A DNA stretch of 57,186 nucleotides, filler included, from Catajapyx aquilonaris (lineage: Eukaryota), in NCBI GenBank assembly GCA_000934665.2. It is 2 parts of 2 records of this genome, joined end to end, with 100 filler letters (N's around TTAATTAATTAA, not from the genome) between each part and the next. Parts side by side here need not be neighbours in the genome. Positions count along the whole stretch, not along the records: positions 1 to 28,545 come from JYFJ02004906.1; positions 28,646 to 57,186 come from KZ539246.1. One strand, given 5' to 3'. The position numbers and the translations under genes were made by a program. Shown here one piece after another: positions 21,440 to 33,341 of this stretch. Positions within the stretch are counted from its first letter, which is position 1. The number at the start of each line of letters is the position of its first letter. Under the pieces are notes generated by a model. It saw nothing but the letters and a program-made list of their open reading frames with translations, made no database searches and had not been told where the DNA came from.

Positions 21440-24400
21440 GATGCATGCCACCCCGTACCCATACCTCAAGGACAGCCATCTTCAGCCTCCTTGTATCAAC
21501 AGATAACGGCCAGACACCGCTGGAATGCACATATGGTACTCAACAATAGGGCGGGCGGTTATCAGTAAATTCCAGGCATCGTATGGCTCCGTACCATCCT
21601 GGCACTGACTCACAATAGCTTTTGTGACACACAAAAAAAAGGGTACGCAGGTCACATTACATCGCATCGGGTGTCGGTTCTTCACTTTTTTGTGTTTGCA
21701 ACCGGTCTTGTTCCCACGGACTTCTTGGGTACTTTTGACCCACCTGGGACATCTGGGGACGCAACCCAATCCGGCGTCGGATGGACAATAGCTTTTTATC
21801 ATCCGAAACCCCTTTGGTGCCGGACCACTTGACTACGTTGCGCAAGAGGCACAGCACGTGTTCTTTTTTTTGGTATGGTCTGTGATGGATAGATATGGGC
21901 ATCTACATAGGAGGGGTGACTCGATGGTAATGTCTTGCGTCAATGGTTAAGCAGGGAAATCACCACGTGCCCTCACGGTCCTCTTGGACATTGTCCAGTA
22001 GGTCAGATGCGGCACACCTGTGGGTCGTAGCAAATCAGGGCATACCATGCACAGATGGGACGCGTGTATATATATATATAAAAAAGTTCACCTTTCACTT
22101 GACTTCCTGCGATGGTTATAGGAAAAGGGAAGCACACTCAGCTGCATGGTCAGGAGGAAGAAAAAAAATGACCCCCCCNCCCCCCCCCCCCACCCCACGC
22201 CTCTTCCTCCATAATTCAACATGCACGCGTTTAGATTAGGGTTCAGAAATCTGCGTCTGGCAAACTTCGTATCGCAGGCGACGATGAACCATGGTCAAAA
22301 TTGCACGTGTCATCTTAGATAAGTCCGTTATACACAGGTCCGGTTGCATTTTCCTCCAGGAAAAAAAATTCCGGCCAGAAAATTTTCTGATTATGGTACG
22401 AATTGGGCAAGCCCGATGTGATCTCTAAATTTGACCAGCCACTTGCGTGTAGACGGACTGTCATTTTTGCAAAATTTTCTGGCGGATTTATGCCATTTCC
22501 GCCACAAAGACAAGTAGGGGTGTGGGCCCCCATTCGTGCCAATGACCACATACCGTAGGTCACGTGCTGTCCTTTTTTAGGGTCCGATGACGGAATACGC
22601 ATTTTCTCACGGGATTAGTACCGGGGGTGGCATAAAGACAAGATGATGGTCGTAATCAGCATAGGCCGAGGGTTGAAAGAAACGGCAAAAAAAAAAAAAA
22701 AGGTGGGGAGAGAAAAGACATGGTTTGTTCCCACAGGCCTGAAACTGGTTTCAAGTGAGCATGCTGGCTGCCGGTACAATACTGGAGGGGTACGTTCGAA
22801 ACTGGGTGAATGGAGCGACGATAATCTTGGGAGGTTTGAAAAGGACCCAGAGGGGTTCTCTCTTTCTGTGTGTTGTCGGTTATTCCATTTCCCCGAGCAG
22901 CCCATGCAGCTTACAGCCTTGCTTTGCCTGGCCTTTCCCTCTTTGAAAAGCATACATTCTAGCCCCAATGCCCAGCTGTCACTTCCTTGGATTAGTTCAA
23001 CGGACAACACCACACCTGGTCTGGTTTCCCCGGGACCCGGTCCCCAGGTTTCTTTTTTTTATACCTGATTTTAAGGCCGATCCTGGCTCATTCCACTCTT
23101 CAGATCATGTTGGCTCAAGACAACAGGTATTGAGTAGTTGCATGGGTGACTGTCCAGCTAGTCCGTGACTTGTGGCAATATTGTCATTGCGCCTCAAATA
23201 TTGCACTTGTCCCGGCCTATCCGGGAGTTGTCCCAAACTGCATGCGAAACTGGTATGTACCGTGGTTTTTTTTAGTAATGAGTGATCCGGTGGCAGCTTA
23301 GGTTGCGATCAGTGCAACTTGTGTGGTTTAGCAAATTGCACTTGTCCCGGCCTGCTTTGCCACCAACTATTCGGCCAATTGATATGGTTGCTGGATGGTA
23401 AAAATGTGCGTATATGATGTTAAAGTGACTCATTGGTTTTACTTTTTCAGATTTCGGTGGTGGTCCGACCCAGCTGGCCCATGGTGCAGCTGCAGAAATC
23501 CCCGAATTGGGTGTTTGCAGTAGGCGAGCTTTGGATTGACAGCTGGAAAAGGAGCCTTTTGTAGGAGCCTGCCTACCCACCTGAATAGAGAGAAACGGAG
23601 GCCAGGGTGCAACGGAACGCCGGAGGAGGACCCAACAATTCCAACGGCTCCTTATTATTTCTTCTTGGCCTGTACCCCACTTCCCCTTTGCCCCCCCCCC
23701 CCCCCCCCCCCCNCCTCTCCTTCTACAGCAACCAGGTGTGCAGGCTTGCTTGCCCAGGAGATGGTCGGGCCACCTGGTCCTTCCTTTTCAAAAGAGCCGA
23801 GCTTCTTTGCCCCTCTTGGACGACCCCACCATCCCTCATCGGGGTCCCTTGCTACTGACTCATTTGTAACCATGATGTAGTTTACGAGGAAGAACCTTGA
23901 GGTGCTAATGGACAGTTATTTACGAGTTTGGACTGGAACCATGTGTGTCTTACCCAACTGGACTAGTGTTGTGTTTAGTGTTTGGCAAGATGGTGTGTTA
24001 TTAAGGTGGCATAAAATGTGATATACATAATTAAAATTTACTGTTAAAGTTCAGCTACATTGTACATTATTCAACTGCCATTGATTTGATATGATGTGAA
24101 GCCAAGCCGTGTGAATTGTCATCGTGATTCATTAGAGTGATAGTTGCAAAAACAATAAATTTATTTTGTATAAAGGCGTAGGAATAAACATTTTTGTATT
24201 TTATGACAACCCGAAAATATTATGAATGTCCTGCAATGTAGGACTAGCCGACTTTTTTTTCCCATTGCTCCTGTCCCCTCCCATCCTGCTCCCACTTCCC
24301 ATTCGTCCCTAAAATAATATCAGTCCAGGGCCTATCTCTAGTAGTCTAGTAATTACCATTTGACTGACTAATTCGCTCTTGATGAGTAGGTTATTCATTA

Positions 24401-26365
24401 GGTCTCATATACGATATGCTGCACAGTGTTCTGCTATCAATGTTATTGCACGTGCGGATGTTTCCCGTTACCGATTGTGTTTGGGTCGTATTAAGATATC
24501 CAGAATGCTAATAGTAAGCGTAACGTGTATACAGAAATAGAGCCTGCTGAATATCTAAGGAATTTCCAGGAGAGGTAGGCTATACTTAGTTCATCAGTTG
24601 ATCTGTCAAGCTGCAATATAGCCACTTGCATCTACTTGCCTGCCAGCACTCAAACATCCATAGGTGGTTGTCTACAGAACTGCACAAAGGTCCATCAAAA
24701 TCACAATTCTGCTTATGTATTGGCTTCTTACACTCTGGTTTTGGAACTCTATTTTGGATAATTTTTTGGAATACACACACACACCCACACAAATAACGGC
24801 TCATTAAATTTTTTGCATGTGCACGACATTTTCTGAATACAATGTCGTAAGAGATCCCACATTGATATGACAGATTCGCACGCTGTCTTAATATATTTAA
24901 ATCCTCCATGAGAGTGGGCAGAGGGGAGAAAATGCATGTTGAGTCATTTGTTTGATAATGTAATAGTCGGAACAGAGTAACGCGACGTTACAGTGGTCAA
25001 CAATATCAACAATATCAACAAAACAACTAAAGACTGGTGACGTCAGTACTGTTCTAAAGCTGAACACCTTATAACTGAAACCAATGGGCAGCGTAGCTCT
25101 GCTTGCATATAATTCCTCCATGTTATTTTCAATATTTTCTAACCCAAGGAAGGCGACTCAACTCCATACCCCGAGTTGTGAATGTTGGCCATTGTATTCG
25201 CTTGTAGCCATGAGAAACGGATTAATGGGAAAATTTCGTAATTATGTATCAAGGACCCAGTCGGAAACAGTTGCAAAAATGAAAGGGCACAAAAATAATG
25301 CGAAATTATGCGACAACTCCAGGCTTTCAATACTGAGCCCAGGAAATGGATTCCATATACGGTTCTAGAGCTCCTGCAGTCCAAAAGGGAGTCCAAACCT
25401 TTCAGTATGTGAGAATGTGTATTTGTGACCCATGGAGCAATCGCTCACTGTTCTGAATATAAGAGGAATTGATGAACTATTTCCTACTTCCTAGTTGTGA
25501 CGTTGTGTCTACTCAAAAGCAGAACAATATTTTGCCTGGAACATGCCCGAGTGCTCATCGGCTGGCACAGTATAATGGCCGGAGTTCTAAAAGGAGCTAC
25601 GATTTGCATAGTTATAAGGGTGTTTTTTTTTTTAACTCTAGAGGGGCCGACGAGCTCGAGATGCGGTTGTGATGACGCAGGTGCGATTTGGCCACAGAGG
25701 AAAGTGAGCCGTTGATCGTGACCTCTTCTATAGAGTGCATCGGTCCTACTCTTCACCTATAGGTAGGGTGTTATTAATATGACGAATGAGGCCAATGAAA
25801 AGACCTGGTGCTGTTTATTTGGCATTCCAGCAATAACAGAAACAAATACGACCACAACAACTCTAAAGGACAGTGATAATAATTTAACTCCCACAAATTC
25901 CGCCATAATGGCATAGTCAGCAACAATGATATACTGACGTCACATTGTTTTTAGCTCCAATGCTGGATGCCATTGTTGCCCATTTTGACGCCATGATCCT
26001 TCACTGGTTGCAGATTAAATTTAAACCCATGTATTAACTCAAGTACTACATGGAAGCAAACAGAACGCGTAATTTGCGATTCCCCCGCCCTGCTCCAGTC
26101 TGATAATGTGGTTCTCTATTCAGCCTTCAGATGGCAGATGTAGCTTAGTGTGTGGGCGTCAACTTCGCTTTTGACGCCATCTTGGGTCGAAATCGGCTGC
26201 CCGCCACTATGGACCCTTTATGCCCAACTGCTTTTACTTCGGCCTCGGGTGCCGCCTGGGTGCCGCCCAACCCATCTGGTAGCTGTTAGACATTCTGAAA
26301 ATTGATCTAGATATTTCATGTTACTATTCTGGAATTTTCAGAATCCAGGTGGACCAACTTTGAAG

Positions 26366-26678
26366 ACAACATGCACATCGAAAATACGCCCATAACACAA
26401 CTATTTCACACCGCTGCTAGGATCAGGATCAGGATAAATTACATTTTGCAATATGTCACTCACTTTATTTTCTCATAATGATTATGAACCACTCCACAAT
26501 AACTGGCATCCTTGTGCACAACATGCACATCGAAAATAAACCCATAACAAAACAAAAAAATCAATTTCGCAATGCTGCTAGGATCAGGGTAATAATAAAT
26601 TAGATTTTGCAATATGACAATCACATTTTCACAGAACGATTATAAACTCAGATTACTTGACAACTCGCATCCTTGTGC
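26366..26678. repeat. Diverged tandem duplication, two units of about 152-160 bp
   Basis: Both units start ACAACATGCACATCGAAAATA (26366, 26518) and end GCATCCTTGTGC. Confidence 0.85.
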
Positions 26679-26680
26679 TC

Positions 26681-27500
26681 CTACTTCCATGTCCATCCAG
26701 TTACTGCTGTTTTTTTGACATATTCCCTGGTCCTTTGCTCACCCCAAATTTGCAACCTCAATAGAAAGTAGGCTTTTAGCACAAGTGCATCCAAATCATG
26801 GCACATTTCTGTGAAGGTGCTTGCACGTATCTTTTTGTACATACCTATGAGATATTCAGGCAAAGGTGCCTGGACACTGGCTAACCTGCTTCCTTTCAAT
26901 GCACAAAATATACTTTCTCCTTTCTTCAGTAAAGTGAAGGCCTGATGCTCACTGCATTGATATAGTGCTTCTGGCTTAATGGCTTTGAATGCTTGTAATG
27001 TACTTACTTTGTGAATTTCATTCATATACCTGAAGCACAAGGCATATCTGCTGAGGTTGCAGGGGCCTCCGCGCTTGATGCTTATTTCAATACAGATGAA
27101 CATGAGTCACAATTGATACTGCGACATACCTTTCTCACTAAGTATCCGCCAAGATAGTACAATATGTTTGCATCTGCTACATGGTCAATTGTGTCACTTA
27201 TGTCAAAGTCATCTGCATTAATATCAGAACTTTCACAATGACCTTCTGGTTCAGCTAGAGGAAGTACAGAATCTTTGCAAATTTCCACAAAGTCACACAA
27301 AAATTGATCTTCACTGATATGATAACTGCTAATGCTTTGGGATGTGGAAGTATCATCGCTGACAGATGGTAACAATTATTTTCAATGCGTGTATGAATTG
27401 CACAGGTGAAGGAACTGGTTGTGTCATTCTGGTGCAATAAATAGGTTTTCTAAAGCATCTTGGCTGAACCTGGATGTCAACAGGTAATGATACTCGTCTT
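26681..27500 (-). pseudogene. P-element/THAP9-family transposase C-terminal remnant
   Basis: YHYLLTSRFSQDALENLF, frameshifted QPVPSPVQFIHALKII, then ILYYLGGYLVRKVCRSINCDSC; several frameshifts. Confidence 0.8.
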
Positions 27501-27965
27501 CCCGGCTCCTTTGGGAACCGGAACAGTCTGAAGCCCTTTTCGGTACTGTTAGTTCAGCCCACCGCGCAAACACCCGGGCATAATGAATTATTATTCTTGC
27601 CTGGGAGCTCACGCACCACACCACTGCACTGCTTCCGACATGCTTTCCCGCGAAGAGGGCGAAGGAGTTTCGACCCAAAATGGCCGGTGGCGGGACAGGA
27701 AACGGGCTGGACCAATCAGAGAGCCCCTTTGGCGGCACAGCTCACTTCAAAGGTTGACGCCACCTTTTCTATCTAGTCACCTTAAGTGTGTGGGGTAGAG
27801 ACCCTAGCGCTAGCATTCATCTGGTGAAAAGAAGTTGAACCAATTTTTCTGGCGGTGCGGTGATGCTGTGGACCCGGGACACCGGATTTATGAGATTGTC
27901 ATAAGAATTTATGAGATTTATGCAGGGATTTACATAGGGAATTGTGTGCAGGAATTTATGGCTTA

Positions 27966-28091
27966 GGGCCGGTTTCACCGAGCTCAGTATATGATAAAAC
28001 CAGGGTATTTCTCAAAATCCCTATCTATTTAGATAGGGATTTTGAGAAATACCCTGGTTTTATCATATACTGAGCTCGGTGAAACGGGCCC
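27966..28091. mobile_element. PIF/Harbinger (Tourist-like) MITE, near-perfect 126-bp palindrome
   Basis: TTA|GGGCCGGTTTCACCGAGCTC...GAGCTCGGTGAAACGGGCCC|TTA. Confidence 0.92.
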
Positions 28092-28545
28092 TTAGTGTAC
28101 ACCGTATGTAGTTATTACCAACTTATAGGAAGCTCTTTACAACGAAAGTATTATCGGTATATGATCAGGTATATAGCTCTTGGTATGATATATGACATAC
28201 CGGTAATTGAATCTGTCATTTTGAAATGGGCAATATTCACATGAAAAGGGCATTGAATCTTGCCCTTTTCAAAATCACCGATTCAATTATGTTTGTCCTA
28301 GTTGAAATGTCTCCCTTGGTGATGTATGTTCATGTGCTGGGGCTCAAACTGTGACTCGCCTCCTATATAGTCTCGTCTGTGTCAGTCAGATACTTCCTGA
28401 CTAGCTTTTGTCTACTTTCATTCCATCACTATATACTCTGGAAAACTCCCCTTACCGAAATTTTCTCTACCTCGCGGCGAGGTCGTCAGACGAGCTTATG
28501 GCCACCCAACCGCATACTAGCGGTTGTTTCATTTCGCTATGTCGC

Positions 28546-28644
28546 NNNNNNNNNNNNNNNNNNNNNNNNNNNNNNNNNNNNNNNNNNNNTTAATTAATTA
28601 ANNNNNNNNNNNNNNNNNNNNNNNNNNNNNNNNNNNNNNNNNNN
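28546..28644. other. Assembly gap with artificial TAATTAATTAA linker
   Basis: 45 N, then TAATTAATTAA, then 43 N. Confidence 0.9.
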
Positions 28645-29826
28645 NGCCATTTTCATTCCAATATGGCGGCCCCGTGTATGCACTTACCCCGTGTATGCAC
28701 TTACCCCACTTCACCTTAATATTTTTAAAATCAATTTTTAGCATTTTTTTTTACAATTCGACTTGCTTATATATACATAGTTTAGTCTCACATTTGCGTA
28801 TTTATTCGTAACTAAATGTGGATAACCCCTGTTAATGATTCATTTTCTAGTCGTGGGAGGGTTTATTTGCTCGGGAAGAGCAAACAGTGGCAAATACAAT
28901 TTCGTTTCCCCCCGCAAAGGCCGGATTAGGCTAAGTGGTAACAGGGCCAGAGAGAGATAGGCCTCGGTTTCAGGCTGGGGCCAAGGACGTGACGACTTGA
29001 GGGCAAAAAGCTGGAAAGTGCCTCAGAGAAAATATCTGATCTTTAACGTCACCCAAATTCTGCAATTCTAATCGGAAGTGCAAAGAATATTTCAATAATT
29101 TTTCTAGGGATATTTATGAGGATGAACCGTACAAAAAGGGTGTGGTTCAACAATATTTGCGATGGAGGTTAGGGTACAAAATGGCCTAATCAAGGTGGGG
29201 TTGCTTTACCCCCTCGGCTACATGGGCTGATCGCCCTGTTCTCCGCCCAAACCCATCCACTAGGTTTGTCCACTGCAGCAGAAAATTACTTTTGCTTCCA
29301 GTGCACCTCTGTTTTCGCATGGTTAATTTGCATCCTGCCGACAAATTGAACCCCTCCAAAGGGTATCAGCATGCAAAATACTTTCTTTGCTTCGTGTCTG
29401 TTAGCCATTTTATTTACATTGCATTAACATCGAATCAGTGTGAATTAATATTATTTTCATCAATATAATTTCCATGAATCGTGTGACAACCCGAGTGGCA
29501 GGCATGTGCAGACCACAATAACGTAATCTTTGTTCAGTGCTATTCCCCCGTTGTAAGCACCTCTACCAAAACTTGATAGAAGGGAAAGTCCCAGTGGCTC
29601 ATCAGATATGTGCAGTAGTCGGAAGGAAATGAGGCCTGGAGAAATGGCTTGGTGCCACCCCGCTAACACGCTACCAGTAATTCCGAATGCATATCGCAAT
29701 AGAAACGTGGTTCCATCTCCCGTCGCCTGTCCCGGAGGGAGAATCCGGGGTGACCTGTCTACCAGATACAGGTCGATGCTTGCTGACCGGAAGGACCTCC
29801 CATTTCCATTTTAGCCTATCTCATTA

Positions 29827-29857
<31 letters not shown>

Positions 29858-30122
29858 GCTGCGGGCCCTAACGATCAACTCAATTCTGATCTGCGATTCG
29901 TACTCATAAATATTCCTGGATGTGAATGACTCAAGTCTCAAGACTTGAAAAGGTCGAAGAGAAAATTAGTGAGAACTATGACCAAGAAATGACTCAATGT
30001 AATTTTAAATGATAATTTGGCATGACATACTTTTTTGATATGCTAATAATGTAGAATGATATAATACATAGGAAATGCACATGTTTTTATTATATTTCAA
30101 ATAATATACTAGGTACAAGATG

Positions 30123-30445
30123 GGAGGCGGAGTGGCGCTGGGGTAACGTATGCGCCCACGGATGTTAAGGTCCCGGGTTCGATCCCAGCCCGGGGACACC
30201 CCCTTCATCTCGTGCAGAGTTTAGGTCGTCTCTGGCTTCGTCTCGGGTGGGATTTCCTTAGACTAAACCACCCGGGGGAGTTCACAAAATGTACCCATAA
30301 CAGTCCGCGCACTGCACTTTGCACATCCCCTCCTGTCATCCTGCCCGTGGGCCCGGGCGTTTCAATGAATAGGCACCAATGTACAATAATAAAATAAAGG
30401 TCCGTGTGATAAACCCCCATTTGGGGGTGAAAGCACTACCCCAGG

Positions 30446-30525
<80 letters not shown>
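30123..30525 (+). mobile_element. tRNA-derived SINE with long (TTA)n tail
   Basis: B box GGTTCGATCCC; pure (TTA)n tail about 30447-30527; 13-bp TSD TAGGTACAAGATG (30110-30122, 30526-30538). Confidence 0.92.
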
Positions 30526-30527
<2 letters not shown>

Positions 30528-30576
30528 GGTACAAGATGATGCGTCTTTCCGCCAAACTGGTATAATTTGTCAGTAA

Positions 30577-30701
30577 GGGCCGGTTTCACCGAGCTTGGTA
30601 TATGATAAAACCAGGTTTCTTTAGGAAAATCCATACAAATAGATAGGGATTTTGAGAAATACCCTGGTTTTATCATATACTGAGCTCGGTGAAACCGGCC
30701 C
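30577..30701. mobile_element. PIF/Harbinger MITE, second copy of the 27966 family
   Basis: TAA|GGGCCGGTTTCACCGAGC...GCTCGGTGAAACCGGCCC|TAA. Confidence 0.92.
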
Positions 30702-30754
30702 TAAAACATTCTTTTCATATTGTAAAATAATTATGCGGTAGGAAAAATATAATT

Positions 30755-30826
30755 GGGCCTGTCCGGGAATTGAACCCGGGACCTCTCGCACCCTAAGCGA
30801 GAATCATACCTCTAGACCAACAGGCC
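30755..30826 (-). tRNA. tRNA-Pro (AGG)
   Basis: GGCCTGTTGGTCTAGAGGTATGATTCTCGCTT-AGG-GTGCGAGAGGTCCCGGGTTCAATTCCCGGACAGGCCC, 72 nt, full cloverleaf, downstream T5. Confidence 0.95.
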
Positions 30827-31259
30827 ACAGCTGGTAGTTTACACTTCACAGTATAAGCCTATATGATTGAATCGGAATCACATGTAAAGTTAAGCTACAG
30901 CGGGCTACAGCATGATATTATGCAAATAAAAAAAGCGTGGGTGTACAGTACTGTACGTAATATTTTCCTCCCATTATGCATGGTAGAACGTATTTCTTCA
31001 ACTGCTGACCACTATATGAAGCGGCGCTGTGAATGTTACAAATGACTACAAATTGTGGGAAATAGTACAGATACATATACGAATACAGAAATAGTACAGA
31101 GTACGGTACAGACGGGCTCTAACTTCGCTTGCACACACCTTGCGCAATATGACGCTATAATATAATCGCTCCTATATAATCCACTGTGCTCTGTGCACGT
31201 TTTTCGGAATATTTCATAGGCATTCTACTGTAATGTCCGAAAGTGACACTAGCACCTGT

Positions 31260-31331
31260 GGCCTGTTGGTCTAGAGGTATGATTCTCGCTTCGGGTGTGA
31301 GAGGTCCCGGGTTCAATTCCCGGACAGGCCC
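31260..31331 (+). tRNA. tRNA-Pro (CGG)
   Basis: Same body with anticodon CGG, one G-U pair in the anticodon stem, T6 Pol III terminator at 31334-31339. Confidence 0.93.
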
Positions 31332-31623
31332 TCTTTTTTATTTTAAATTATTGGGCGTAGTTAAATGTAAACGCGGCACCTGTCGGTTAATTGGTAGACG
31401 ACTCTTTTTATTGGCTTAAAAAGTGTAATATGGACTGAAATATAAATTAGTAATTATTAATGAATTGAAAAATAGGTTTGAACTGCACGTGTTTTTTAAA
31501 ATGTTTTTATGCATCAAAATAATATGCTTCAGACTTTTTTCTACTTACTAACTCGTGGACTTGTCAGAACGGTATAAAAATATTTTTAGTACAAAAAATT
31601 ATTATGAGGCAAGAACAAAAGGA

Positions 31624-31695
31624 GGGCCTGTCCGGGAATTGAACCCGGGACCTCTCGCACCCTAAGCGAGAATCATACCCCTAGACCAACAGGCC
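31624..31695 (-). tRNA. tRNA-Pro (AGG)
   Basis: 72-nt cloverleaf differing from the 30755 copy by one D-loop base; downstream T4. Confidence 0.95.
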
Positions 31696-32198
31696 GTGAT
31701 TAAGAGTTACGGCTTTGAACACATACAGTAAGCAGAGACAAATGTAGGAAGAATACACTTAGAAATGGGACAAATGTCAAATGAACATTCATGTGGTTCT
31801 AAATTATATGTTAAATTGTATACGAATTTAACTAATCTAACAAACGCACTATTGTAATAAAACTTGTATACATTACATAGGGCTATTTGAAAATATGCAT
31901 TACATAAAAAGGCTCACTTTTTTTCTCTCTCTCCATAATATGCGATAAGGGAGGAAAAGTTCCCCTGAAAGTTATGATCTTTGCGATGACCTTTCGGGCT
32001 GATTATTTCTGGAATAATAATAATCACTTAAGAAAATCCTCATTTATCTTAAAAGTTGTTTATGATGATACGGTAATAAGTTGTTAACACAATTTAAAAA
32101 TTAATCTCACATCATGTCTTAAAATTATTGTAAGCCATATACCGTAAGAAAAATAGAGTAAAATTATTCTGTTGAAATACTATAAATTAAAAAGTAAA

Positions 32199-32242
32199 GG
32201 CACTGTCCGGGAATTGAACCCGGGACCTCTCGCACCCTAAGC
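32199..32242 (-). pseudogene. Truncated tRNA-Pro (AGG), 3' half only
   Basis: CTGTCCGGGAATTGAACCCGGGACCTCTCGCACCCTAAGC is identical to the neighbouring genes and then breaks off; acceptor end altered. Confidence 0.85.
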
Positions 32243-33297
32243 CTTTGATGATATGGCTCATATTACTGAAGGCCAACAAGAATCAAAGTGCAAATAGGGT
32301 CTGCATTCTGCAACCATAATAAAAAGATAATATAGACATTCCTGTACAAATGACCACTGACGTGATTTACATATCACACTCTCGTGGCTCGCTACCACAG
32401 GAGCTATTATAATATTCAAGCCCATCATGCCATCCGCTCATAAAATCATAATAATGTAATCATCCCATTCAAAACCAACCCACACAATGATGAACTACTT
32501 GTCAATAACCATGTCAAGGTCGTACATTGCTGACCAAACAATAGTCCTTAATTATGTTAACACCAGCGTGAAACTATTGTCATAAAGTGCACAAACCGCA
32601 ATTAATAGCTTTGACATTTCATACAATTATGCAGTTTTTTCCATCCCTATATCATGAAATTTTTTTGTGTAAATCTGACACAATCTATGCTTATATGATA
32701 CGATCTGAATCCCAAGCGACAGGTTACGTCGTTCAGATGAAGGGGGCGAAACGTCGTAAAGTGAATACCGCAGCTCCCAACTCGCATCAGATAATAAAAG
32801 CATGACGGGTGCCGAGTTACCAACTGAATGAGAGCTAGTGGGTCCCAGGAGCCCGACTAATTCCCGGGGTACCCTTACAGAAAAGAGGTGTTCCCAAGCA
32901 AATTACGAGGTGTAAAGCCACTTAATGGGGGAGCCTTTCAGGAGGAGCCAGATAATTACTGGTGCCTAAAGGAGGAAAACGTGGGGGTTGAACACTGGTG
33001 TTTTTTTTTTTTCAGACCTACCTTGATTGTTGGACATACCTATGTTCTTGATCTCATTGTTGATGACGATTTCAGGATTCGAGCAGCAGGTCAGGTAACT
33101 GTGGTGGAACATTCTGTCCACACTCAACAGAATGACTACCACCTTCAAGGTTTACTCTTCGTGACAAGGGTACACAAACTTCATTTGACCCCAGAAATGA
33201 CAATGTTGTTGCCCAACTTATGCCGATTGTCGCAGCAAGTGCTAATTCAGGACATTAGAACAAATTCCTGGCAGATTGATGGGGTGACACTTTTATT

Positions 33298-33341
33298 TGA
33301 CGGAAGTTGACGGAAGGTGACGGAAGGTGACGGAACTTGAC
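33298..33341. repeat. 10-bp tandem repeat (TGACGGAAGK-like) x4
   Basis: Read directly from the sequence. Confidence 0.8.

Noticed and set aside
28591..28601. TAATTAATTAA between N runs
   Set aside because: Scaffolding linker, not biological sequence.
30362..30676. Poly-Asn ORF
   Set aside because: Translation of the SINE (TTA)n tail.
32717..32760. CAGATGA...CGAAACGTCG resembling a minimal hammerhead ribozyme
   Set aside because: Core is CAGATGA rather than CTGATGA, and stems I and II do not pair.
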